From positions 24,614,001-24,678,000 of the forward strand of contig NC_043018.1 of NCBI RefSeq assembly GCF_006345805.1: 64,000 nt of DNA, in the 5' to 3' direction. The stretch's first letter is position 1. Every line of letters begins with the position of its first letter. Below are positions 22,263-34,027 of this stretch, piece after piece. The notes beneath the pieces were generated by a model. The model was not told the origin of the DNA and made no database searches. It was given only the letters and a program-made list of their open reading frames with translations. This DNA is from Octopus sinensis (lineage: Eukaryota). Made by a program: the position numbers and the translations under genes.

Positions 22263-22349
22263 GGTAACAGGACCCCTAGTAAACAATCACGGTCGGCAAC
22301 CCTTTCTACACGATGCTTGAAAAACTACACGAACTCTAAATATATATAA

Positions 22350-22606
22350 TTGGGTTGTCAGATAATTTCGTTTTATTACTACTATTTTTTTTTCTTCTCG
22401 TAGCACACCTACGTCGAACGTTTGAAGAATTGAGTTAAATTGAAAAAATAAACACGGAGAAAAGTTGTTATGGAAAGATTAGAACTGTAGCAAAAAAGAC
22501 ACACATAAAACTTAGCTATGTTATTTGAATTGACATAAAAAATACTTTTAACGCGAAGGTTCTCAAGGGGGGTGAAAAAAGCGAACAAATTTATCTCACA
22601 ACCCGA
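22350..22606. mobile_element. Mariner-type MITE
   Basis: TIRs TTGGGTTGTCAGATAATTT / AATTTATCTCACAACCCGA followed by TA. Confidence 0.6.
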
Positions 22607-23057
22607 TATTTTCTCACTACCCCTTCTCTAGCACTCCCTCTCTCTCTCTCTCTCCTCTCCATATTTCTCCGCTCTGTTTCTCTCTCTCTCTTTGTAGGGG
22701 TAATACTAATAAAATTATAATTAGTTGTGCCATGCTTTTTCACCTTTCTGTAAATGTCTCATTTTCTTTGTTTATTGTTGACTGCGTTTGTTTTCTAAAG
22801 GAAAAAAAAAAGTGTTCTACTTAGGTATTGGCTGCATAGTTAAGAAGCTCGCTTGGCGGCCACGTAGTCTCTTGTTCAGTTCCACTTCACGGCACTTTGA
22901 GTGTCTTCTAACTATATAACCCTGGGTCGACCACTGCCTTGCGAGTGAAGTAAACGGAAACTGAATGCTCGTCGTGTGTATGTATGTATGTATGTGTGTG
23001 TGTGTATGTATGTATATATATATATTATATATATATATATATTATATATATATATAT

Positions 23058-23436
23058 AAGGGCCGAAATTTTTGGGGAGGGGGCAGTCAATTAGATCGAC
23101 TCCAGTATGTAACTACTACTTAATTTATTGATCCCGAAAGGATGAACGGCAAAGTCGACCTCGGCGGAATTTGAACTCAGAACGTAAAGACAGACGAAAT
23201 ACCTATTTCTTTACCACCCACAAGGGGCTAAACACAGAGAGGACAAACAAGGACAGACAAACGGATTAAGTCGATTATATCGACCCCAGTGCGTAACTGG
23301 TACTTATTTAATCGACCCCGAAAGGATGAAAGGCAAAGTCGACCTCGGCGGAAATTGAACTCAGAACGTAGCGGCAGACGAAATACCACTAAGCATTTCG
23401 CCCGGCGTGCTAACGTTTCTGCCAGCTCGCCGCCTT
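23058..23436 (-). mobile_element. Young SINE family A long form
   Basis: Close to family consensus, CpG-rich. Confidence 0.9.
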
Positions 23437-23449
23437 ATATGTATATATA

Positions 23450-23600
23450 TTAAAAAATGGGGAAGGCTGGTTTATGGGATTACCTTAGGTTTCCCGTCCA
23501 TAAAGGGTTTAGCTTTATGGCGTATCGTCAGATCCCAAAAACCTCTTAAAAGGACCAGAAACCTAAGTTAATCTCATAAACCGGCCTTACCCATTTTTAA
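23450..23600. mobile_element. Fold-back mini-element (44-bp arms) carrying a type I hammerhead motif, Penelope-like
   Basis: TTAAAAAATGGGGAAGGCTGGTTTATGGGATTACCTTAGGTTTC versus GAAACCTAAGTTAATCTCATAAACCGGCCTTACCCATTTTTAA; TA-rich flanks. Confidence 0.75.
23476..23536 (-). ncRNA. Type I hammerhead ribozyme motif
   Basis: Minus strand GGGAT-CTGACGA-tacgCCATAAAG(ctaaacc)CTTTATGGacgg-GAAAC-CTAAG-GTA^ATCCC; 5-bp stem I, intact core, 3-bp near-palindromic stem III; base of stem II mispaired. Confidence 0.65.
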
Positions 23601-23664
23601 TATATACTGCTCTACATCTTAGAATGTGCTTCTTCTTTCGGATTTATGTTTTTTTTTTACAAAC

Positions 23665-23702
<38 letters not shown>

Positions 23703-23706
<4 letters not shown>

Positions 23707-24324
23707 GCTGAAAAGTTCCTGGCTTTAAGGGTGTCACGAAAGGCCTGCCTGGAGGCCCAACCTTCCGAGTTCTTTTACAGGTCCTTTAGAAAAGCTAAAG
23801 GACCGTTGCAATAAGCGTTTGAATCTGAGAGGGGAATATGTTGGGTAAAATCTTAACTGATCCCCTTGTATTTTCTTTTACCGGATCTTTTCGGTTTGAA
23901 CGGCAGTTTTTTCTAGCGGTGTCATATGAAATTGTCACCCATAATTATGACCTTAGTATCGATCTATTGCATTTCAATCTGTTTTAGGGTTAGGGGTGGG
24001 GGGAAGGGTATCTTTTTCTCTTCAGAAATGTAAATAAACCCAATCTGTTTCATAAACGAGGGACATATTCATACGGCACAGAATGTTTTTACCTCAATAG
24101 ACGTCATTGATTGGTTGAAATTACAGAAATTGAAGAAAAAAACACAAATATCTTACAAACTATAGAATGTTCTCAATAAAACCAAGAGAAAAAGATGTTT
24201 TATAAACACATTCTACCAGTATACGAAGTTGAAAATTTAGTTACCTAGAAATTATGTTAAAAACTGCCGTTGAAACCGAAAAGATCCCTTTTAACCAACG
24301 CCGGGAACTTTTCAGCACCCCTCG
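23703..24324. mobile_element. Mariner-derived MITE interrupted by a Merlin-like MITE
   Basis: GTGCTGAAAAGTTCC / GGGAACTTTTCAGCACCCCTCG followed by TA; left end lost in (CA)n. Confidence 0.7.
23883..24287. mobile_element. Second copy (opposite orientation) of the 19114 Merlin-like MITE
   Basis: Same TIRs and internal sequence; TSD CTTTTACC / CTTTTAAC. Confidence 0.85.
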
Positions 24325-24883
24325 TATGTGTTTGTGTTTATATTTGCTTGCCCTCACCGCTTGGCAACGGGTGCTGGTTTGTTTACGTCCATGTAGGCTA
24401 GCCGTTCGGCAAAAGGAGAGACTGATTGAATAAGTGCCAGACTTCAAAAAAACTATGTATTAGAGGTTAATTTTTTTCGACTGAACCTCACTCGGTGGTT
24501 CTTCAGCATGGCCGCAGTCTAATGACTGAAACAAGTAAAAGATAAAAAAAAAATTCGTAAACTCTCTTTCCTGCTTTTCTGTTTTTTTCTTTCTGTCCAT
24601 TTTTAATTTGTCTCCAACGCATTTTCCTTTTATCTCTATAAGATAAGATAAATTACACCAGGAAACGTCGTTTGTGTTGCCTAGTAATTTTGGGGTGCTG
24701 ATTTTGAAATTGAAATCCATTTTGCTCTCTATCACGTCAAGATATTTCACAAACTAAAATGTCCATTTTTCAACATTTCTGGTATTGTCACCATTTCAAA
24801 GGATAGATTTGGCTTCATCAAATGCAGACCCATGTATTGAGTTTGGCATAACTTTGAAAACATAGTTTTTCAATATCATTTAA

Positions 24884-25104
24884 CCCTTTAGTGTTCAGAT
24901 TACTCTGTTAAATGTAATACTTTTTCACTCAAATTGTTTTGGATTAATCCTGGATTATCTTACAGCTTTGAGGTTTCAATGATGTGATTGTTTATTTTTA
25001 GAATGGCATTGTAGGTTAGGTGTGAGAAGCTAGATATTGCCAGTTTGAATATAAAAGATGTAGAATATATTGGGCCGGATTTGGCCAGTTTAAACACTAA
25101 AGGG
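24884..25104. mobile_element. piggyBac-like MITE
   Basis: TTAA-CCCTTTAG ... CTAAAGGG-TTAA. Confidence 0.8.
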
Positions 25105-25252
25105 TTAAAGTAAATGAAACCACAAAAGTGAAAACAAAAAGTCATGATTTAAGTATCATCAGTAAATAAAAGGCATCAGGTTTGAACTATATTCATTCTT
25201 CTCAACCTAACCAGTTTTAAATGTCATGGTGACGTCAGGAAATGTTTTTTTT

Positions 25253-25730
25253 CAGTCCCACTGCGTGGCACCTTGAGCAAGTATCTTCTACTATAGCCTC
25301 GGGCCGACCAAAGCCTTGTGAGTGGATTTGGTAGATGGAAACTGAAAGAAGCCCGTCGTATATATGTATAGGAGTGGCTGTGTGGTAAGTAGCTTGCTAA
25401 CCAACCACACGGTTGCGGGTTCAGTCCCACTGCGTGGCATCTTGGGCAAGTGTCTTCTGCTATAGCCCCGGGCCGACCAATGCCTTGTGAGTGGATTTGG
25501 TAGACGGAAACTGAAAGAAGCCTGTCGTATATATGTATATATATGTATATGTGTGTGTGTGTTTGTGTGTCTGTGTTTGTCCCCCTAGCATTGCTTGACA
25601 ACCGATGCTGGTGTGTTTAGGTCCCCGTCACTTAGCGGTTCGGCAAAAAGAGACCGATAAAATAAGTACTAAAAGGTGGTGCTCCAGCATGGCCGCAGTC
25701 AAATGACTGAAACAAGTAAAAGAGTAAGAG

Positions 25731-25769
<39 letters not shown>

Positions 25770-25985
25770 TTGTGTGTCTGTGTTGTCCCCCTAGCATTGC
25801 TTGACAACCGATGCTGGTGTGTTTATGTCCCCGTCATTTAGCGGTTCGGCAAAAAGAAACCGATAGATAAAGTACTGGGCTTACAAAGAATAAGTCCCGG
25901 GGTCGATTTGCTCGACTAAAGGCGTGCTCCAGCATGGCCGCAGTCAAATGACTGAAACAAGTAAAAGATAAAAGAGTAAAAGAGA
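25253..25985 (+). mobile_element. Family B SINE (25370-25730) nested in the microsatellite of another family B copy
   Basis: Order is 5' half, complete copy, 3' half. Confidence 0.8.
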
Positions 25986-26379
25986 AAAATTTGACAGTTT
26001 TTTTGTAGCTTTAGCTCAGAGCTGTGGCCATGCTGATGCACTGCCGTTTTGCTACACTGTTGTTACTGAGAGCCTCCTCCAATATGTGGCACTTGGTGAA
26101 GAATGGAGTTTGATTTAGCCACCCTCGTTTGCACCTCTTGCTGTGAGGTAGGTTCATCTGGGACTCTTGACAGGAAGAGGTCCAGCCTTGATTTAAAAAT
26201 GCCTACATCTACTTTGTGCAGGTTCCTCAGGCTCTTTGGGAGGATATATTAAAAATAATGTTAATAAAAGAATTTAAAAAAAAAAGCATTTCTAGGTCCT
26301 TGGCATCATACACGTCTCATATTTGTGGATTTTGTCTGCCGATATGTCCATACTGTGTTTGATCTAGTGTGACTATCAT

Positions 26380-27566
26380 TGCAAACCAGGTGAGACATGA
26401 TTTGTCAAACCTTTGAATATTTCTTAGGAAAATTGGCATTTTAAATGCACCCATAATGTTTTAACTGTGAGGTCACTTTTTGTCAAGTATGGTCCAAGAA
26501 CTGTAGAAAGAATTTTACAGCATGTATTCTCTTTATGGAACTTTGCCATCACAAATCTGCATTTGCTTACTTTAGAACTTATAATTCTGGAAATGCTTTT
26601 CCCAGGTGACAACTGTCATGACTGTTTTGTACGTCAAGAAATATGCCCAGATATGAGAGGAGAAAATTTAAAAGTTGCTCCAATGTATTTCGTTGACTAT
26701 TTACCTAAGCAGCGAAACAAAATCACAGATTTTATGAAGAAAGTTTACCTTTCTTACTTTGGTATGAAACTGGGTGATCAAAACAAACCTGAGCACCCCA
26801 TTCAGTATGTAAAACTTGTTGAAATACTGAGACAGTGACTGTTTCAAACATTTAAACTTTGTGTTGTGAGAAACTTAAGGTTGGTGTTTGACAAGCCACA
26901 AATTTGATGGTTCTTGCAGGATGAGTAGTTTTTGAAGAACATGTGTGGCATTGAAAAGGAAGCAGGGAATGCTTTTGTCGCACTTGTGTCAGATTTCCTG
27001 GCAAGTAGGAAGTCATCAAATTGTGAAAGTCTTGTGCAGGCCCTGTTAACCAGTTTTGAAGTGTAAAAGTGCATTTCCTGCTACAGTCTGCTGGACTACT
27101 TCTTGAAAATCATTATGCAATAAATGATGAGCAAGGAGAAAGATGACATTGAGACCATGGAAAGTAGGCATCTAAGCAGATGGAAATCAAACATGATGGC
27201 TGACTAGTGCTGGTCTCTGGAAAGAGACTGTTGTGACACTGGCTATTCACACAAAGCAGAGTTTATGTTCTCATTGAGTAACTGAAGCTTGACAGAAATA
27301 CCTATCCTAAGATGTGTAATAGAACATCTTATATAATCCGTTTAACAATGAAAAATAGTATTTGGTTTGTGGTGGTTTCCTATTTCAGTATTGTATTGAA
27401 TGACATTATTAAGATTTTTTTGGTAAAAACAAAGAAATTTTCTATCACATCATGACTTTGTTAAACAGGAATTCATAGGGTATTTCTGAACCCAGCACCA
27501 TCAAATTAGGTTGCACTAATTGGAAAAAGCAAGATGACTAAAAAATTTTTTAAATGTTCCTCAGTG
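26380..27566 (+). pseudogene. Chapaev3-type (CMC superfamily) transposase relic with internal deletion
   Basis: ITDFMKKVYLSYFGMKLGDQNK..PHSVCKTC (cf. GDQDKSWAPHxVCxxC) and EQGE..DIETMESRHLSRWKSNMMAD*CWSLERD (cf. EQGERFHQD..MMADYCWSL); 3' end TTTAAATGTTCCTCAGTG; left boundary uncertain. Confidence 0.8.
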
Positions 27567-27711
27567 TTATCAATAAAATAATAAAAGCAGCTGACCAGCT
27601 CTATTACTCAGTTGTGCTTATTCAGAGAGTAAGCTGTAGGAAAAAAAATTTGACCTGTTAAAAGAAACCTGAGTGTAGTTTTGAAATTAGCATTCCAATT
27701 TTAGTCTAAAC

Positions 27712-27952
27712 CAGTGGTTCTCACCTATTTTTGCTTATGGACCTCTTTCGTTCCTATTTTACTCAGGGAGGGAAGTGGGGACCCTTATAGTCAGTCAATG
27801 TCTAAAATCTATTAGACCTCTATGATTAAATATTATTAGGAATTGTTTTTAAAAAAAATTTTAATATTTTGTGTATTGTTGAAATATTACCTTTTTATTA
27901 CCTGTAAATTTTAACAACAAAATAGTATATGGACCCCCATGAGGGCCATATG
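27712..27952. mobile_element. hAT (Charlie-like) MITE, degraded 3' end
   Basis: CAGTGGTTCTCA start; flanks GTCTAAAC / GTCTAAGT; homologous to 47298. Confidence 0.55.
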
Positions 27953-28040
27953 GTCTAAGTCAAGTGAAAGAAGCAAACATAACAGAAATTATGTTCAAAA
28001 TTGTACCCTTGTCTTATGTTGATGTGTCGTCCCTCATCGA

Positions 28041-28552
28041 AGGCACATGGCTCTGCTGTTTGAGCTTTGGGCTCACAATCATGATGTAGCGAGTTCAATT
28101 CCCGGACCGGGCTGTGTGTTGTGCTCTTGAGCAAGACACTTTATTTCTCATTTCACTCAGCTGTAGAAATGAGTTGCGACGTCACTTGTGCCACGCTAAT
28201 ATCGACCTTCATATTTTGGCACAAGGCCAGCAACTGGTACTTATTTTATCGACTACGAAATGAGAGGTTAAGTCGACCTCGTTGGAATTTGATCTCAGAA
28301 CGTAAAGACAGACGAAATACTTATTTCTTTACTACCCACAAGGGGCTAAACACAGAGGACAAACAAGGACAGACAAACAGATTAAGTCGATTATATCGAC
28401 CCCAGTGCGTAACTGGTACTTATTTAATCGACCCCGAAAAGATGAAAGGCAAAGTCGACCTCGGCGGAATTTGAACTCAGAACGTAGCGGCAGACGAAAT
28501 ACCGCTAAGCATTTCGCCCGGCGCGCTAACGTTTCTGCCAGCTCGCCGCCTT
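28041..28552. mobile_element. Family D SINE 5' part (+) followed by a family A long form (-)
   Basis: Family homology. Confidence 0.8.
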
Positions 28553-28835
28553 AAATATTAATAAATAATGATATAATGACTGATTGCTTTCATGTGCAGA
28601 AGAGTTTTGACCTTCGATCGACGGGCTGTTGTGGTAGTTTCCATTTATATCCTGAGTATCCCGTAATCTAACGAGGGCACTTATGTGGCAAGCTTGTTTA
28701 CATTACAAATGCCTGGACAGGAAAAAGTACTGAATAATTGAGCTCCCCCTCTCCCTCTACTAATCGATGCTTGTTTGTGTATTAAAGCCTGCACAATGTT
28801 GGTGCTCCAGCGTGACCACAGACTCTGGTTGAAAC

Positions 28836-29081
28836 GGTATTACTTAAGAACAGTGGTTCCGGTGCGCGCACTCGCGCATCCGCGCTAGCTAGTCGTGACT
28901 AGTCGATCCTACAACGACTAACTAGCAAAGTAAATAAAACACAAAATAAATAATTTTTTTTACACAAAGTAAATAATTTTTGTTAAACAAAGTAAATAAA
29001 ACACAAAAACGCAAAGGATCGACTAGTCATGACTAGCTTGCGCGAGTGCGCGCACCGGGACCACTGTTCATAAGTAGTACC
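28836..29081. mobile_element. Second Merlin-like MITE family with long TIRs
   Basis: GGTATTACTTAAGAACAGTGGTTCCGGTGCGCGCACTCGCGC.. / ..GCGCGAGTGCGCGCACCGGGACCACTGTTCATAAGTAGTACC; TSD GTTGAAAC / GCTGAAAC; inserted in a SINE B tail. Confidence 0.8.
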
Positions 29082-29497
29082 GCTGAAACTAATAAAGGTC
29101 GAAGTAAAGGAGGGGTGAATGGGAACGAAACAAGATAAATCTGTAACAATATTCTTTTCATCGTTCCGAGGTCAATAAGATAAAAAAGATCATAGGTCAA
29201 GTGTCGGGTCAGAGTTTATGTTCTTATAATGTACTCGAAATGTGAAAGGAATTATGATAGATAAAGTCTATATATTTCTCAGTGAATGGTTACGCTAATT
29301 AAATAGTAAATAACTCGTGTTTTTCTTTAGAAAATTGTAGAAACATATCGGCATATACATGGTTCCTAAACAGTGTGTGGCGGTATGGTAAGATGCTTGC
29401 TTTCCAACCACATATTTCCGGGTTCAGTCCCACTGCGTTGCATCTTGGGCAAGCGTCTTCTACTATAGCCTTGAGCCGACCAAGCCCGTCGTATATA

Positions 29498-30277
29498 CAT
29501 GGGTTGGACAAAATAATGGAAACACCTAGCGTCATAGCGTCATAATTTTGAAATATCTATAAAACCGTCAAACGCTTGTTTGTCTTTTGATTTATTATTA
29601 GTGTTGCTTAATATTTTTTGCTGAAATTGCTGTTTCTTTTCAGATATCTTGAGAAAAAAGGTAATTAAAATTCATTAAAATGACAGATCTATCGGACTTT
29701 CAAAGAGGTCAAATTGTTGGTGCTCGTATGGCAGGTGCTAGCGTAACGAAAACAGCCGAAATGTTTGGTGTATCAAGAAGTACTGTCTCGAAAGTAATGA
29801 CAGCCCTTGAGGAAGAGGGGAAAAAACCCTCCTCGTCGAAACAAAACTCCGGAAGAAAGCCAAAACTTTCAGATAGGGACTGTCGGACTCTTATGCAAAT
29901 TGTTAGAAAGGATCGCAAAAGTACAGCTCCCAAAATTACTGCAGAGCTTAATGACCACCTCGAGAACCCAGTTTCCACAAAAACTATTCTCCGGGAGCTG
30001 CACAAAGCCGGATTTCATGAGAGGGCTGCAATCAGAAAACCACTACTTTCAAAAACAAACGTTGCAAAACGTTTAGAGTGGAGTAAAAAAAACCCTACAG
30101 AATTGGTCCCTAGAGGAGTGGAAGAATGTTATTTTCTTGGACGAGTCGTCCTTTACCTTATTTCCGACCACCGGCCGCGTATACTTGTGGAGGCAGCCAA
30201 AAGAGGCATTTGACCCAGACTGCCTTCTTCCAATTGTTAAACATGGAGGAGGATCTGTGATGATCTGGGGGGCTATT
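29498..30277 (+). pseudogene. 3'-truncated Tc1-like (DD34E) transposon, frameshifted transposase
   Basis: TA + CATGGGTTGGACAAAATAATGGAAACACC left end; paired-like HTH MTDLSDFQRGQIVGAR..GVSRSTVSKV, GRKPKL, KPLLSKTNVAKRLEW; shifted frame FLDES..VKHGGGSVMIWGAI; inserted in a SINE B (TA)n. Confidence 0.92.
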
Positions 30278-30309
30278 TTGTCCATTTTGGTCAAAATACT
30301 TAACGGGTT

Positions 30310-30720
30310 TTCCTCTCGTTTCTTGTACTAAATTCAAATTCTGCCGAGGTCGACTTCGCTTTTTATTCTTTCGGGGGTGATAAAATAAGTGGCAGTTAAA
30401 CACGGGGAAGTGGGAGTGTCAGTCCTTGTGCATAAAGTAGAAAGGATTATGTACAGCACGATACTGCCAGCTCGCAATATCGTTTGCCCTTTGTACAAAT
30501 CGCTCAGTGGTATCTCCTCCATCTTTACTTTGCCTTCAAATTCCACCAACGTCGGGTTTGCCTTTCATCCATTCGGGGGTCGATAAATTAAGTACCAGTT
30601 GCGTACTGGGGTCGATCTAATCGATTGGCCCCTCCCCCAAATTTCGGGCCTTGTGCCTAGAGTAGAAAAGATTATTTCGCGAGTGATAAAATAAGTACCA
30701 GTTGTAATCGTCTGTCCTCG
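30310..30720 (+). mobile_element. Cluster of family A SINE fragments
   Basis: Family homology. Confidence 0.7.
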
Positions 30721-30948
30721 ACCTATTCAAATTGCTGGCCTGGTGCTAAGAGTAGCAGAAAGAGTTAGAACTGCTTGCTGCATGGTTGAATGCTTAGAGA
30801 GGTCACTTTGCAATCTCGAGTTCGATCCCACTGTGCCGCTTTTTGGGCAAATGTGTTTTTCCATAGCATCAAGTCAGTCCAAGCTTTGTGAATGAAACTA
30901 GGTCCATAGAAACTGTGGTCCCCCTCGCCGGATGGGCTCTGTTTGTAA

Positions 30949-30981
<33 letters not shown>

Positions 30982-30994
30982 AAAGACACAAAAA

Positions 30995-31330
30995 CATCTT
31001 TTATCTATTACTTGTTTCGGTGATTAAACCTGCGGCCATGCTGGGGCACCGCCCTGAAGAAATTTAGTCGAGCGAAAAAGCCTGGTACTTATTCTATCGG
31101 AGTCTTTCACCCAACCGCTGCGTTACGAGGACGTAAACGCGCCAACACCGGTTGCCAAGTGGTGGTGGTGATGGGACAAATGCAGTCACATACACACACG
31201 ACAGGCTTCTTTCAGTTTCATTTACCAGATCCATTCGCAAGTTTTTGGTTGAGCCGAGGCTATAGTAGAAGACACTCGAACCCAGAACCATGTGGTTTGG
31301 AAGCAAGCTTCTTACCACACCTCCACGCCT
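30995..31330 (-). mobile_element. SINE family B
   Basis: Family homology. Confidence 0.75.
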
Positions 31331-32204
31331 CCGCTTAATGTTGGGCATCCTGATTCTGCCCTGAAGAAAAGGGTTACGGTTGCTGCGGGATACTCGCCCG
31401 AACAACCGTAAAGCTCAAGCTCATCGTCGCAACCGACTGTGAACCATTATGCCACAGCTCATTCATTTTTATTCTAGTTCGCGTTCCCACGCTGTCGTAC
31501 GAGCTCTCCGCATACAATTATTTCCGTGATATTTACTCTCCGCCCGTAATTATGAATAGTTTGCCAGACTCCCTCATGTAGCTATCTTTGAATGTGTAAT
31601 ATGATAATTAAAGCATACACACACTTCTCTTCTACACACGCACATACGTGTATATATATATATATAGTTGCTAATAATTGGTATCAATGATTTGCATTGA
31701 TTTTGTTGGTAATTCATTTTTTTCGGTTCATATATTTTTTTTTCCTACATCACATGAAACACACACACTCACACAAACGCGCGCGGGCGCATAAAAATCG
31801 TTCAAGCGTATCGACATCTTTAACTGAAAATATGTGAGTCACTTCACTTGCCAGGCAAGTACAACTTCGAACTGTGTGTGAGATTTCATGTCGATTTATA
31901 ATTGTTTTATAGCTCCCGTTCAGTTACGATCGAACAGACAGCAGACCTTGTTTGGCTTTGTAAGGTAGTCAGTCGGACAGACATCTCGTGGTTCAAGCTA
32001 CAAACACACACACACACATACAAAAAAAAAACCCCAGTCCTTTTGTTCCAGATATATAATCGCCACACTCCGGTTTATTTAAACATTTAAACATACTCCG
32101 CTGTGCTTTATCGTGTAGGGGTCCGATTTAGAACAAGACAAAAGGCAACATGTCTGGACGTGTTGCTTTCTCACTTCAGTGGGTACCGTTATCTTTAATT
32201 GTTT

Positions 32205-32545
32205 TTTTCACTCGTTTCGGTCATTGGACTGCGGCCATGCAGGGGCAGGGAGAACTTTGAAGGGCTTTATTCGAACGAATCAACTCCATTAAACTGGGGC
32301 GCCGCCTTAGAGTTTTGTAGTCGAATGTATCGACCACCAGTACTTATTTTTTAAAAGCCTGGTATGTATTCTAATGGTAGTCTTTTGACGAACTGCGAAG
32401 TTACGGAGATGTGAACACACCAGCACCGGTTGTCAAGCAGTGGTGCGGATCAAACACACAAATATATATATGATGGGCTTCGTTCAGTTTCCGTCTATCA
32501 AATCCACTCACAAGACTGGTCAGCCCGAGTAGCAGACACTTGCTC
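32205..32545 (-). mobile_element. SINE family B
   Basis: Family homology. Confidence 0.75.
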
Positions 32546-33750
32546 TAGACGGACGGTGACTGAGCAAACCTATGATGGATGACATCCCAGCCTTGATCAT
32601 CTCGTTTTAAATTATTTTGATACGTATCTCGTACTACACTCTAGTTTATCCTTGCTCCACAAGATGGTAGGATGTGATTTGGCTGTTATTTCTAAAAGGT
32701 GAAGCCACTGTATAGAACAGGCATGGATAAGCGGGCCGCATGAGATAAGGCCCACACTACTACTAAAAAATTTTTTAAAAACTTAAATTTTCGTTTCGAC
32801 GTGCCCCATTCAGAAAGTCCCGGGTTGCAAGTTGCTCATGACTGAGATATTCTAAAGAATCTCTCTTGTTCGCCCACCCTGTCTATAGTTGTTGCTTAGT
32901 GGTGATTCCATGGGCGGTGAATGAGATGATGTCGGTCATGGTTCGACCCAAGACGGTAGAATGTGATTTGAAGGAGATTTAGCTGTTATTTCTTACAGGT
33001 GGAGCGACTCTGTAGAATATGTCCCGTTAGTTCATCCTCCCTGTCCATCTGTGTATGATTGTCGGCTAATGGTCACTCTTGCGGAAACGAGTGAAGCTAT
33101 GTCGGTCGCAGTTAATTTGTTGTTCCTCTATATTTTATATTTATCTCAGCAGCACCGTATTTGTGACTAATGTGGTTATATTGTGTGCGTATGTTGTTCG
33201 GACTGAGGTTGGGCGATGATGGTGGTGACGACTGAGAAAGCTGGGAAGTAAGAGTTTTGTTTCTCGCGTTATGTACCTTCAGCATCGCTACACTTATGGA
33301 TTTTCATCGATTGATCGATTGATCGATCGAGCTAAGTGCAAAGGATAGTGTTAATATGGTGTTGTAGATGTGTTCGGACCGTGGTAGGAGAAAGTGTTGT
33401 TTGGCTGGTATTGTAGACGTTTGGACTATTATGAGAGAGATGATGGTGTTGTTAGGTTGACGTTGTGGATGACTAGAGCGCGTGAAAGAGTTGTTAGGAT
33501 AGTTGTGTTGTTGACGTATCTGGGCCATATTTGGAAGGATGGTGTTGGAGTGTTGAAGCGTCTGGTCTGTAGTGGAAGAGATGATTTTGTCAAAGTGGTG
33601 TTGTAGTGTTCTAGAATGTCGTGGATGTGACTGGAATGAATGGAAGACAGTGTCGTTAGGAGTGATATTGTTGTGTTTTGCGGTGTTGTATGTGTCTCTG
33701 GGCTGTACGAGAGAGTGTGGAAGTGTTGTAGATGTTTGTACGGTATGAAG

Positions 33751-34027
33751 CCAGTGCGTAACTGGTACTTAATTTATCGACCCCGAAAGGATGAAAGGCA
33801 AAGTCGACCTCGGCGGAATTTGAACTCACAACATAACGACAGCCGTATTTCGTCTATCGTTACGTTGTGAGTTCAAATTCCGCCGAGGTCGACTTTGCCT
33901 TTCATCCTTTCGGGGTCGATAAATTAAGTACCAGTTACGCACTGGGGTCGATGTAATCGACTTAATACCTATGTCTGTCCTTGTTTGTCCTCTCTGTGTT
34001 TAGCCCCTTGTGGGTAATAAAGAAATA
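33751..34027 (+). mobile_element. Family A SINE with a 5' inversion forming an ~88-bp hairpin
   Basis: Arms 33751-33839 and 33858-33945; TSD GGTATGAAG at 33742-33750 and 34028-34036. Confidence 0.85.
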
